From Promethearchaeota archaeon (GTDB lineage Archaea > Asgardarchaeota > Lokiarchaeia > Sigyniarchaeales > SOKP01), in assembly GCA_019058245.1 (NCBI GenBank), contig JAHPZJ010000018.1:1-21367 (forward strand): 21,367 nucleotides of DNA. The letters run 5' to 3'. The position numbers and the translations under genes are program-made. The notes beneath the pieces were generated by a model that saw only the letters and a list, made by a program, of their open reading frames with translations, was not told the DNA's origin and did not search any database. Positions 1-8,433 of the stretch are shown here, piece after piece. Numbering within the stretch: position 1 is the first letter of the stretch; every line of letters starts with the position of its first letter.

Positions 1-106
1 CGTGAAATCCACATTTCACGATCATATTATTTACTTATCAAGAAAAAATATTAATACCTTATAAAGTGACTCTATATTAATAGCTTATATAAATTATAGC
101 ATTTTA

Positions 107-586
107 TTAATATCTATGAATACGCCCATAATTTCTCTCTATTATATTCGCAATGAGAAGACAAGAGATTGCACTTATAATTTCCGCTGTTAAAAATGAC
201 ATTGCTTTATCTAAGAATAAGGTGGAAATAAAGAAACTACTAAAAAAAAAGCCGTTAAAAACAATAAATACTATTAATAAAGGTTTGGTTAGGTGAAAAT
301 CTAAGAATTTCTTTATAGTCGAATATTTTGCAATTTTCTTACTAAATCTACTCTTTAATTTTTCTCTCCTCTCCACTTGGGCATAACTTTCGAAAATAAT
401 AAGACTAGCAAAAAATATAGCTACCCAAACACCAATCGGAATTAGGATTAATATAATATGATTTCCCATTTCCAATACATATTGTCCAATAAATATAAAA
501 AATAATTGAATCATTCCATTCATTGCTAATAATATTAAAGTTGCACCAAAATACTCCTTAGATGTCCAACGGATTCTTATCGGCAT
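107..586 (-). CDS. Hypothetical membrane protein (about 4 TM helices)
   Basis: 159-aa ATG ORF with four long hydrophobic segments; a basic loop (RREKLKSRFSKK) lies between helices 2 and 3. Starts 26 nt downstream of the tRNA on the same strand. Confidence 0.75.
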   Translation of the reverse strand: MPIRIRWTSKEYFGATLILLAMNGMIQLFFIFIGQYVLEMGNHIILILIPIGVWVAIFFASLIIFESYAQVERREKLKSRFSKKIAKYSTIKKFLDFHLTKPLLIVFIVFNGFFFSSFFISTLFLDKAMSFLTAEIISAISCLLIANIIERNYGRIHRY

Positions 587-612
587 GTTAATCTTATTTA
601 ATTATATTTTAA

Positions 613-715
613 TGGGCCCGGCGCGATTTGAACGCACGACCTTCCGCACGTCAAGCGGACGTCATACCGAGTTTTCCGAAACCCAGAGAGTGAGTTTTCT
701 CTAGACCACGGGCCC
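613..715 (-). tRNA. tRNA-Val(GAC) with a 29-nt intron in the D-loop (intron 672-700, position 15/16)
   Basis: Reverse complement reads GGGCCCG TG GTCTAG [AGAAAACTCACTCTCTGGGTTTCGGAAAA] CTCGGTATGAC G TCCGC TTGACGT GCGGA AGGTC GTGCG TTCAAAT CGCGC CGGGCCC A. It has a 7-bp acceptor stem, a 5-bp anticodon stem with GAC, and an archaeal-type T-loop. CCA is not encoded. Confidence 0.93.
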
Positions 716-732
716 ATTTATTTCAAATTATG

Positions 733-744
733 AATTATATAATT
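733..744 (-). promoter_or_regulatory. Putative TATA box of the tRNA-Val gene
   Basis: TTATATAA (735-742) lies 20-27 nt upstream of the tRNA 5' end, the expected archaeal spacing. Confidence 0.45.
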
Positions 745-849
745 ACTCGTATGTAATTTATAATATTAAAAAATAAATATTTTATTAAAAATTGTAAAAT
801 CCTACTATACTTGCTTATTTTTAAAGATAAAATAAAAAAATAAGTAGAT

Positions 850-2079
850 TTAAATATTATATTTTTTCTCACGCAAAGCTCTAATCATTGGTAAATCTTT
901 ACCTGAAAGAATTTCGAGCATTGCGCCCCCTGCTGTTGATATAAATGAAACATCATTTGCCCTACCTGCCATTGAAGCAGCAGCACCCATTTCACCACCA
1001 CCTATAATTGTGAGGGCTCTATTTTTCTTAGTAGCATTTACCATTGTATCCACAATTTCATTTGTAGCTTTCCTAAAAACTTCTTTCTCAAAAATTCCAG
1101 GTGGACCATTTGCAACAATTGTCTTACATTTCATAAGAATCTCATTAAATTTTTCTACAGTTTTTTCGCCAATATCTCCTGTGGTGGTATTATATGTACC
1201 CGCCTCGTCAATTCCGATCGTTTTTCTATTTCCATCATCATCGATAATTAAATCTTCAGGTAGAATGATTTTACCCTTATAATTCTCATATGTTTCAATG
1301 ATCATATCTTTATTTGCTTCAAGGTCTTCAGCAATTATTTTATGATTAGGTTCTCCCATATTTTTTCCTAATGCTTCAAAGATTAAAATAGCAGTCAATC
1401 CTGAACACAGAGCATAATCCAATTTTTCATTGTCAAAATTATATTTCATAGCTTTAAATTTATCTATAGCTTTTGCTCCACCTATTAACATTGCCATTGG
1501 TTTTTCTGGGTCTTGCATGATTTTCTTCAATGCATCTAATTCCTTATCTGTTATAGGACCTGCCATCATTTTTGGCCATCCTACAATAGAGGCATGAGCG
1601 CGATGAGCTGCCCCAAAGGCATCAACAATGACATAATCGACTAATGGGAAAAGTGTCTTAATCATTTCAGTATTTTCTGCTTCAGAAAAATCTTTGTAAT
1701 TTTTCATTTCTCCTTCAAATTTACGTACATTATTTAATACTAATACTTCTCCTGGCTTAAGATTTTTAATCTCTTGAACCGCTTTCTCTCCATAAATGTC
1801 TTTAACAAATTTTACAGGACGGCCAAGATGTTTTTCTATCTCTCTCGCATGAATATCTAAATCTGTAAAATCTTTTTCTCCTGGACGGGATTGATGTGCT
1901 AAAATTATTACCGCACTGTTTTTGAAATACTCATTTAAAGCAGGCACAAGTGCTCGAATTCGAGGAGAATCTCTAATCTCCATTTTGTCTAAATCAATAG
2001 TTGAGTTTATATCAACTCGCATTAATATTTTTTTTCCCTTTAATTTTACATCCTTATATGATGTATAATCAATTTTCAT
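850..2079 (-). CDS. pgk: Phosphoglycerate kinase (archaeal type)
   Basis: Motifs RVDINS, AHQSRPG, DAFGAAHRAHAS, GGAK, NGPPGIFE, IIGGG and STAGGA; 409 aa. Confidence 0.96.
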   Translation of the reverse strand: MKIDYTSYKDVKLKGKKILMRVDINSTIDLDKMEIRDSPRIRALVPALNEYFKNSAVIILAHQSRPGEKDFTDLDIHAREIEKHLGRPVKFVKDIYGEKAVQEIKNLKPGEVLVLNNVRKFEGEMKNYKDFSEAENTEMIKTLFPLVDYVIVDAFGAAHRAHASIVGWPKMMAGPITDKELDALKKIMQDPEKPMAMLIGGAKAIDKFKAMKYNFDNEKLDYALCSGLTAILIFEALGKNMGEPNHKIIAEDLEANKDMIIETYENYKGKIILPEDLIIDDDGNRKTIGIDEAGTYNTTTGDIGEKTVEKFNEILMKCKTIVANGPPGIFEKEVFRKATNEIVDTMVNATKKNRALTIIGGGEMGAAASMAGRANDVSFISTAGGAMLEILSGKDLPMIRALREKKYNI

Positions 2080-2236
2080 AAGTTACTTCACTATTAATTG
2101 GGGTTAATATTTGATAATTTAGTAATGTATAATTATTTTAAGTAGTTATTATCTTTTTTGAAATATTAGTAAAAAACAAAATCTATGAATTGTTATATAA
2201 TTTAACATAACTATAGAATAATAAGAGAAGTGCTAA

Positions 2237-3016
2237 ATGAGTGAAATCAGAAAGGTTCTCCTTGAATTACTTGAGAGTAAAATTACTATTGATGATGCTG
2301 AAAAACTACTGAAGGCAAATATAATTAAAGAAGTAGGGGATTTAGCAAAACTTGATATATTTCGTAAAACTAGAACTGGTGTACCAGAAGTAATTTATGC
2401 TCAAAATAAAGAGATCAATATATTAATTGATATAATTTCTGGCTTTCTCGAAAGCAAGAAATTTGCTATAGTAACTCGTTATAATGAAGTTCAAAAAAAG
2501 GGGATTCTCGAAGAGTTCGGAAAAAATAAGGACTTAGAAATTGAAATCAATGAAATAGGTAATATTATAATTGTAAAAGAAAAATCATTCAAATTTGCTG
2601 AGACAGAAGGAATTGTGGGAATAATTACAGCGGGAAGTTCGGATATACCAATCGCAAATGAAGCTGAGGTAATTGTGAAAGCTATGGGATGTGAAGTAAT
2701 ATCCAGTTATGATGTTGGGATTGCGGGTATTCATCGAATTTTTACCCCTTTAAGTAATATGATAAAAAAAGGTGTTCATATAATAATAGTATGCGCGGGA
2801 ATGGAAGGAACACTTCCCGGAGTTGTGGCATCTTTAGTGGATGTTCCCGTCATAGGAGTTCCAATTTCAAGTGGTTATGGTTTAGGGGAAAAAGGAAAAG
2901 GAGCTCTAACCACGATGTTACAATCTTGTTCCCCAGGATTATTAGTAGTAAATATTGATAATGGATTTGGGGCAGGCGTTTCAGCAGCTATAATTGCTAA
3001 TAAAATAGCCAAATAA
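2237..3016 (+). CDS. larB: Nickel-pincer cofactor biosynthesis protein LarB (PurE-like NaAD carboxylase/hydrolase)
   Basis: Motifs LDIFRKTRTGVPEVIYA, TAGSSDIPIA, DVGIAGIHR, AGMEGTLP, VPISSGYG, MLQSCSPG and VVNIDNGFGAG are typical of the LarB family. Confidence 0.93.
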   Translation: MSEIRKVLLELLESKITIDDAEKLLKANIIKEVGDLAKLDIFRKTRTGVPEVIYAQNKEINILIDIISGFLESKKFAIVTRYNEVQKKGILEEFGKNKDLEIEINEIGNIIIVKEKSFKFAETEGIVGIITAGSSDIPIANEAEVIVKAMGCEVISSYDVGIAGIHRIFTPLSNMIKKGVHIIIVCAGMEGTLPGVVASLVDVPVIGVPISSGYGLGEKGKGALTTMLQSCSPGLLVVNIDNGFGAGVSAAIIANKIAK

Positions 3017-3181
3017 TTTTAGATATAATTCTAAAATATCAAGCAGTGCTTTTTCCTCCTAAAATTAAAAAAATTAAAAAATCGTGTTGATATTGACTTG
3101 AAGTAAAAATTATTTAAAGATTTAAGTTTAAAATTTCTTTAAATAGTAATAAAAAATTTATTTTTAAGAAAAGTGAACTTT

Positions 3182-3847
3182 ATGACCCCAACTCCAGCTT
3201 CATTAGAAGCATTATCTAGACTCCGTGAATTGAATTCAGAAAACGGTTGGTACATTATTCCACTCCTAGCAATCGTATTATATATTTATGGTACTGAAAT
3301 TAAATCTGCAAGAAAATCAGGGAATTGGAGCACAGTCTTTGCAGGATTAACAGTATTAGGTTTGGACTTGATTAATGAAATTTGGAATGGACTTGTATTT
3401 GTTGTTATTGATTATTCCGCCTTTTGGACTACACCTGGAGCAAGTGCATATATCATTTTAATTGGATGGAATATTGAAATAGCATTCATGTTTTCGATTG
3501 CAGGAATAATATTTTCTAAGTTTTTATCAGATGATAAAAGTAAAAAGATATTTGGGCTTCCTAATCGATGGGCTATGGCAATTGGCTTTTCTCTCTTCTG
3601 TGTTATCATAGAGATTTTTCTAAATATTGGTAATTATCTAATTTGGGCGTATTGGTGGTGGAATTGGTATAATCCAATTTTAATTTTTCTTATAGGATAC
3701 TTTCATTTCTTTGTAATCGCTTTTTATGTATATGATTTACCAGAAAGAAAGTCAAAAGTTAAAGTAGTAAGTATAATATATGCCATAGGTTTTGTATTAT
3801 TATGCATCTTTTTACCATTAGGCATTGCGGGAATAATCAACTTTTAA
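3182..3847 (+). CDS. Hypothetical multi-pass membrane protein, Trp-rich
   Basis: About 6 hydrophobic helices and motif-like segments (DLINEIWN, FWTTPG, IGWNIEIAFMF, WAYWWWNW). ATG at 3182 is preferred over GTG at 3173. Confidence 0.75.
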   Translation: MTPTPASLEALSRLRELNSENGWYIIPLLAIVLYIYGTEIKSARKSGNWSTVFAGLTVLGLDLINEIWNGLVFVVIDYSAFWTTPGASAYIILIGWNIEIAFMFSIAGIIFSKFLSDDKSKKIFGLPNRWAMAIGFSLFCVIIEIFLNIGNYLIWAYWWWNWYNPILIFLIGYFHFFVIAFYVYDLPERKSKVKVVSIIYAIGFVLLCIFLPLGIAGIINF

Positions 3848-3952
3848 ATTATTCAATACCTTTTTTATTCTTATCTTAAAATAAATATGAAAAAAAAGAT
3901 AAAGAGAGTAATCTTACGTTTTAGTTAAACATCTTTTTATATAAATAGATGC

Positions 3953-4052
3953 ATTTAAGTGAAGTCTTTGCTTTAAGAGTATGTAAGTAATTTCCTAACA
4001 ATCATCCCTTTTCAAGAAAAAGCTGGATCTTAAAGTCCAAAATCACATAAAT
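3953..4052. ncRNA. Putative structured RNA or inverted-repeat element of unknown class
   Basis: Nested pairings: ATTTAAGTGA (3953-3962) with TCACATAAAT (4043-4052, one mismatch); TTTG with CAAA; CTTTAAGA (3971-3978) with TCTTAAAG (4028-4035); plus an internal hairpin TCC-CTTTT..AAAAG-CT-GGA. Confidence 0.35.
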
Positions 4053-4162
4053 TTTAAGATAGATAAGTATAAATATACACATTAATATAATATTAATTGA
4101 ACTTATTTTTCAATTAATAAAATCTAAATAAAAAATTCTAACAACAAGTAGTTGAGACCCAA

Positions 4163-4705
4163 ATGGTCGCATCTATTGATCATGCAGAACTTTTTGAAAA
4201 ATCTAGAAAGTTTTTTGAAGATGGTGATATCTTTAATACGTTAGAAAATTACGAGAGAGCAATGGAACGCATTGATCGAACAAAGATCAAAAATAAACAA
4301 GAATATATTCAATTTCTAGAATCAATCTTAAAACATTGCAGGGAAAATAATTTACCCGAACAAGAGGCTCTCGTTCTAAGAGCGCTAGGAAGAACTTACT
4401 CAATATTTAAGCAATATCCTGAAAGTATGAAATCTCACTATCAGTCTTTGAAAATTCAAAAAAAACTTGGTAAAAAATTAGAAACAGCTGAAGGTTTAAT
4501 ATTTCTTGCTGAAGATTTGGAAGTATCAGGAAACTTTGATAAAAGTATTGAAACATTCCGTGAATCATCAGAACTATTTCAGGAAATGGGTAAATTAAGG
4601 AAAGTGAAGGATATAAAAAAAGAAATAACGAGACTGAAAGACTTTTCAAGAGAAATGGTTGAAGACGAGTATATATTGCATAAATTTAACGTTGACAAAT
4701 ATTAA
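4163..4705 (+). CDS. Tetratricopeptide repeat protein
   Basis: All-helical pattern with TPR-like repeats (ALVLRALGRTYSIFKQYPESMKSHYQSLKI; AEGLIFLAEDLEVSGNFDKSIETFRESSELF). Confidence 0.8.
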   Translation: MVASIDHAELFEKSRKFFEDGDIFNTLENYERAMERIDRTKIKNKQEYIQFLESILKHCRENNLPEQEALVLRALGRTYSIFKQYPESMKSHYQSLKIQKKLGKKLETAEGLIFLAEDLEVSGNFDKSIETFRESSELFQEMGKLRKVKDIKKEITRLKDFSREMVEDEYILHKFNVDKY

Positions 4706-4762
4706 CTCTAACACTCTAACTTATTTACCAACTTTATTTTTTTTCTATTTATTATTTCTGAA

Positions 4763-6049
4763 TTATTTCGAAAAATCAAGATAAATCTGTTTTATTTTTG
4801 CATGAGCCAATAATTGGATTTTTTTAATAGGTAACCCTGTTTCGATACTAATCTTCTTTAAATCTTCAAATTCAGGTTTAATATTAACAATTTCTTTTCC
4901 TTTATCAGATTCGATAAATGAAACTTTGAAGTCTAATTCGAATACATTTTTATTTATTTCTATTATATATCTTTCAATCTTTCTTTTCACACATACTCGA
5001 TTACTTACATGAAATCTTACTCCCAATGTTCCTAATTCATATATTATTATTTTAATTAATTTAAAAACCTGATCTGGAACGCAGATTATTTTTACCATAT
5101 GCCCAGGTCTATTTTTTTTTGTTATGCTTGGAAATATTTGAATGTCCAAGATTTCTTCATTCTCTAATTTACTTATAAAATTTCCCAGAATTTCTCCTGA
5201 TACATCATCAACATTAGTTTCTAGTATAACAACCTTTTCAATATAATTCAGTAAAGAGTGATTATATTCGATATCAAGATCCTCAATTTCACCATAAAAA
5301 ATTCTCAAGATGTTCAAAAAGTTTTTAAACTGCTTCTGCCCTGTACTATAAACTGATTTACTAATTCTCATTTCATTAGGATATTGATGAAATTCTGGAT
5401 TTAAATTAGCAATTAAAGCAGCTCCTGTAGGTGTCACTAGCTCAGAATCTATAGGACCTCCAAAAGTGATCAAACCTGATTTTTCTAATATTTTTAGAGT
5501 AGCAGGAGCAGGAATTGCCATAGTTCCGTGCTTTGTATTAATTGTACCTCCACCTAATGGAATTTTGCCACAATAAATCTTTAAATTTTTATCAAAAGCT
5601 TTAATTTTATCAAGGACACTAGCAACTCCTATAATATCTATTAGAGTATCGACAGAACTAAGTTCATGTAGATGAATCCTTTCAACTATTTTTCCATGTA
5701 CCTCTGCCTCTGCTTCAATTAATGTATTTAGAACAGTATTAGCATAATTAGATGCTTGATCAGAGATTTCTATCTTCTTAAGGAAATCATTTAATGAATT
5801 TTTCAACATATTTGCAGTTCTATGTTCTTTAGTCTCTTTTATGTCTATTTTTAATTGATTCAATTGAATTCCATTACGTTCTATATTTACTAAATCAATT
5901 TTTAATTTTGAAACTCCAGGTAAAAAATTTTTCAGATCCTCTAATTTTGTCAAAATAATTTTATGGTCAGGAACTAAACCCAAAAGAGATGAGAGGAACA
6001 TATCCCCTGAAATCCCAGAGTTATACATATCGATATATAATGTTTTCAT
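4763..6049 (-). CDS. larC: Nickel-pincer cofactor biosynthesis protein LarC (CTP-dependent nickel insertase)
   Basis: Motifs SGISGDMFL, AEAEVHG, IHLHEL...DTLIDI, HGTMAIPAPATL, ELVTPTGAA, LETNVDD, KKNRPG, TLGVR and KPEFEDL. Single 428-aa ORF covering both the LarC1 and LarC2 parts. Confidence 0.95.
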   Translation of the reverse strand: MKTLYIDMYNSGISGDMFLSSLLGLVPDHKIILTKLEDLKNFLPGVSKLKIDLVNIERNGIQLNQLKIDIKETKEHRTANMLKNSLNDFLKKIEISDQASNYANTVLNTLIEAEAEVHGKIVERIHLHELSSVDTLIDIIGVASVLDKIKAFDKNLKIYCGKIPLGGGTINTKHGTMAIPAPATLKILEKSGLITFGGPIDSELVTPTGAALIANLNPEFHQYPNEMRISKSVYSTGQKQFKNFLNILRIFYGEIEDLDIEYNHSLLNYIEKVVILETNVDDVSGEILGNFISKLENEEILDIQIFPSITKKNRPGHMVKIICVPDQVFKLIKIIIYELGTLGVRFHVSNRVCVKRKIERYIIEINKNVFELDFKVSFIESDKGKEIVNIKPEFEDLKKISIETGLPIKKIQLLAHAKIKQIYLDFSK

Positions 6050-6180
6050 ATTAATATTTTGTAAAAATTGGTATAATTCTCGATAATTAATGTGATAACA
6101 ATTTTATAATTATATTATCTTTTTAATAATATTATGAATTATTAAAAATAAATAAAATATTCAAACTTAAAGCACAAACT

Positions 6181-6915
6181 ATGTCAGAACTGCAAACAAT
6201 AAAATGCTATATGAATCAATTGCCCGCAACGATACTTAAATTATTGGATATCGAACCGCCATATGGTACGATCCCAGAAGCAGTTCAGCAAATTTTAGAT
6301 TTATATCAAGGAATCAAACGCATTAGTATCAATCTAATAGATAATTTTGGATTATTTGAGATTACATATCTTAAACCGCAATTCATGATTACTAACTCTG
6401 AAGTTATGTTATTATTAAGCACTAAAAATCCTTATACTTTAGGAGTTTTACACCAATTGATATATGGGGGTTTTAAAGTTGAACCTAATGGATTTCATTT
6501 ATTAAAAGCAATAGAGTCAGCAGGTAAAAAATCATGTTTTATTGGAAGGAAAAAGGATATAGAACGATATGATGGTGGGACAAAATCTATTCCTAAAGAT
6601 ACTGACATGGCAACCTGGGTAGAAAGCGCGAAAGCAATTAATACCCATGAGCTTTCTTGGATGCATTATCTAGATTTTGAGAACTTACATAAACAACAAC
6701 AACAATTAAAACAAAGAACCCCCGAAGATTTGATAGAAAAATTAATAAATAGAACGGATAAATGGATTTTAAGTAATTACAAGCAACTTAGATCTAATTC
6801 TTTGATGATTATTATCGGGGATCATGGTAGAGTAAAGTTAAACCTCGAATATTCTGGCAAAATAGCCCAATGGCGTGAAGCTAGTGTTCCAATTGCCATC
6901 CTAATAAGAAAATAA
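6181..6915 (+). CDS. Compact alkaline-phosphatase-superfamily (nucleotide pyrophosphatase/phosphodiesterase-like) protein with a partly degenerate active site
   Basis: Motifs QLPATILKLL, NLIDNFG (first metal Asp), NPYT (nucleophile region), LDFENLH, IIIGDHG and SVPIAI occur in AlkP-core order. Confidence 0.6.
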   Translation: MSELQTIKCYMNQLPATILKLLDIEPPYGTIPEAVQQILDLYQGIKRISINLIDNFGLFEITYLKPQFMITNSEVMLLLSTKNPYTLGVLHQLIYGGFKVEPNGFHLLKAIESAGKKSCFIGRKKDIERYDGGTKSIPKDTDMATWVESAKAINTHELSWMHYLDFENLHKQQQQLKQRTPEDLIEKLINRTDKWILSNYKQLRSNSLMIIIGDHGRVKLNLEYSGKIAQWREASVPIAILIRK

Positions 6916-6921
6916 ACTTTA

Positions 6922-8433
6922 TTATTTTCCTGAGGTTTTCGAATTAACATATTTTTGATAATCATAGAGTTTTTTTAGAACAATTGCAGCATTTTCAGGA
7001 TTTCCTCCAATAACCATCATATTATTTTCATCATATTTTTGAAAAGAAGAACCTCCCATATTAGGTGGAATTGCAATAAAGATAATCTTTTTATTAGGAT
7101 ATTTTTGATGTAATTCAAGTTCTTTTTTATATCCATCTTCAAACATTTCACTTGCTCTCTGCTTCATCACCTCAGCCATTCTTTCTCCAATCTCATTCAT
7201 AGGTTTTAATTCTTTCATTCTATCGAGAAATGTAGCAGAGGCCATTGTAAGAATTACATCAAAATAATCAGAATTTAACATTAATTTGATAATCTCATAC
7301 GCATTAGCATTACGGTTAGCGACCATATCAACAGGATTATTATGGCTCCAATAAAAAGGAAGATATTTTGATATATCATTTATTAGTTTGGGTCCATCTG
7401 GCTCTGTATTTAAATCAATAACATTAATTCCATGTTTTTCACAAAGATCTGCGAGATGAACAATCATACCACCTCCCCCACTAATTATTCCTGCTCTTAA
7501 GCGTTCATTCGTAGGAAGCGGTAATAAATATTGTGCGCCCTTCACTAGGTAAATAAATTGGTCTATTTGATCTGCTGATATGACCCCTATCTGTTTAAAT
7601 AAAGATCTGTAAATATCTAATGAACCTGCAATTGACCCTGTATGACTGTTTGCGGCTCTAGCACCACTTTTCGTTGTTCCCGCTTTAAGAAAAATGATTG
7701 GTTTTGTTTTTGTAGTTTCAGAACAAATTTCTCTAAATCTTTTCCCTGCTCTTAGACCCTCAGCAAACAAGGCTATAGTTTTAGTTTCTTTATCCTTAGA
7801 AAAATATTCTAAATAATCCTCTAAAGTAAGGGATGCTTCATTCCCACTAGAAACAAAATATCTGATTTTTTGAAATGCATTACATAAAATAGTTCCCATT
7901 GTTCCTGATTGAGAAATAATTGATAAATTTCCAGGTCTAGGCAACATGAATCCAAAACCCAAATGGAGAGGGGATGATTTATCTTCTGATGAATAAAATC
8001 CCATTGAATTGGGACCTACAAAAATCAAACCTCCTTTATCAGCTACTTTAACCAATTGCTTATTTTCATCTTGTCTCTCTTCAGTTTTTACTTCGCCGAA
8101 CCCAGCAGTAATAATCGCTGCCGTTCTAACTTCATTTTCAATTGCTTGTTTTACTGAATCTACAACAGCATGCGGAGGAACTACAACACCAACGAGATCG
8201 ATAGGTTCTGGACATTTATCCAGTGAGGGATAAACGTCATTTCCTAGAATTTTCTTTTTCTCATATTTAGGACTTTTGTTTATACCATAAACCTTTTTCG
8301 TAAATCCACAGCTTAAAATACTCCCGAACACCATAAAACCAATTTTCATTATACTGTCAGTTGCGCCCATAACTGCCACGTTTTTAGGATTAAACATAAC
8401 CTTCATTAAATCCAACTTTTCTTCAATATCCAA
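6922..8433 (-). CDS. acdA: Acyl/acetate-CoA ligase (ADP-forming) alpha subunit
   Basis: CoA-binding domain (FNPKNVAVMGA, ITAGFGE, VGPNSMG), SQSG, SGNEA, phospho-His motif ANSHTGSIAG, SGGGG and NPVD. No ATP-grasp domain. TTG start is supported by GGAGGA at 8441-8446. Confidence 0.88.
   Translation of the reverse strand: MDIEEKLDLMKVMFNPKNVAVMGATDSIMKIGFMVFGSILSCGFTKKVYGINKSPKYEKKKILGNDVYPSLDKCPEPIDLVGVVVPPHAVVDSVKQAIENEVRTAAIITAGFGEVKTEERQDENKQLVKVADKGGLIFVGPNSMGFYSSEDKSSPLHLGFGFMLPRPGNLSIISQSGTMGTILCNAFQKIRYFVSSGNEASLTLEDYLEYFSKDKETKTIALFAEGLRAGKRFREICSETTKTKPIIFLKAGTTKSGARAANSHTGSIAGSLDIYRSLFKQIGVISADQIDQFIYLVKGAQYLLPLPTNERLRAGIISGGGGMIVHLADLCEKHGINVIDLNTEPDGPKLINDISKYLPFYWSHNNPVDMVANRNANAYEIIKLMLNSDYFDVILTMASATFLDRMKELKPMNEIGERMAEVMKQRASEMFEDGYKKELELHQKYPNKKIIFIAIPPNMGGSSFQKYDENNMMVIGGNPENAAIVLKKLYDYQKYVNSKTSGK

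Noticed and set aside
1-25. 8-4-8 inverted repeat CGTGAAAT/ATTTCACG and a possible minus-strand start (ATG at 25, MIVKCGFH...)
   Set aside because: Cut by the window edge; cannot distinguish a CDS start from a hairpin.
613-850. tRNA as an integration site for a mobile element
   Set aside because: No integrase, no duplicated tRNA end, and pgk lies directly upstream.
1010-1282. Short ORFs antisense to real genes (also 3412-3609, 4407-4649, 8009-8233, 9455-9718, 10319-10552, 12030-12248, 12230-12448, 13717-13998, 14222-14422, 19514-19711)
   Set aside because: Shadow frames of well-supported opposite-strand genes, with no motifs of their own.
2126-2158. Shared motif ATAA..ATTTTA......TATTATCTTTTT near larB (2129-2158) and larC (6095-6124), resembling a 6-14-6 NikR operator
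   Set aside because: The best-conserved part reads AAAAAGATAATA on the minus strand, which is more simply a BRE/TATA-like promoter for pgk and larC. Not fully excluded as an operator.
3953-4052. SECIS, H/ACA or known riboswitch identity for the structured element
   Set aside because: No correctly placed tandem GA/GA k-turn core, no in-frame TGA selenoprotein candidate seen nearby, and no riboswitch consensus recognised.
6120-6148. 11-7-11 inverted repeat TTTTTAATAAT/ATTATTAAAAA
   Set aside because: Composed only of A/T in a very AT-rich spacer; likely chance or overlapping divergent promoters.
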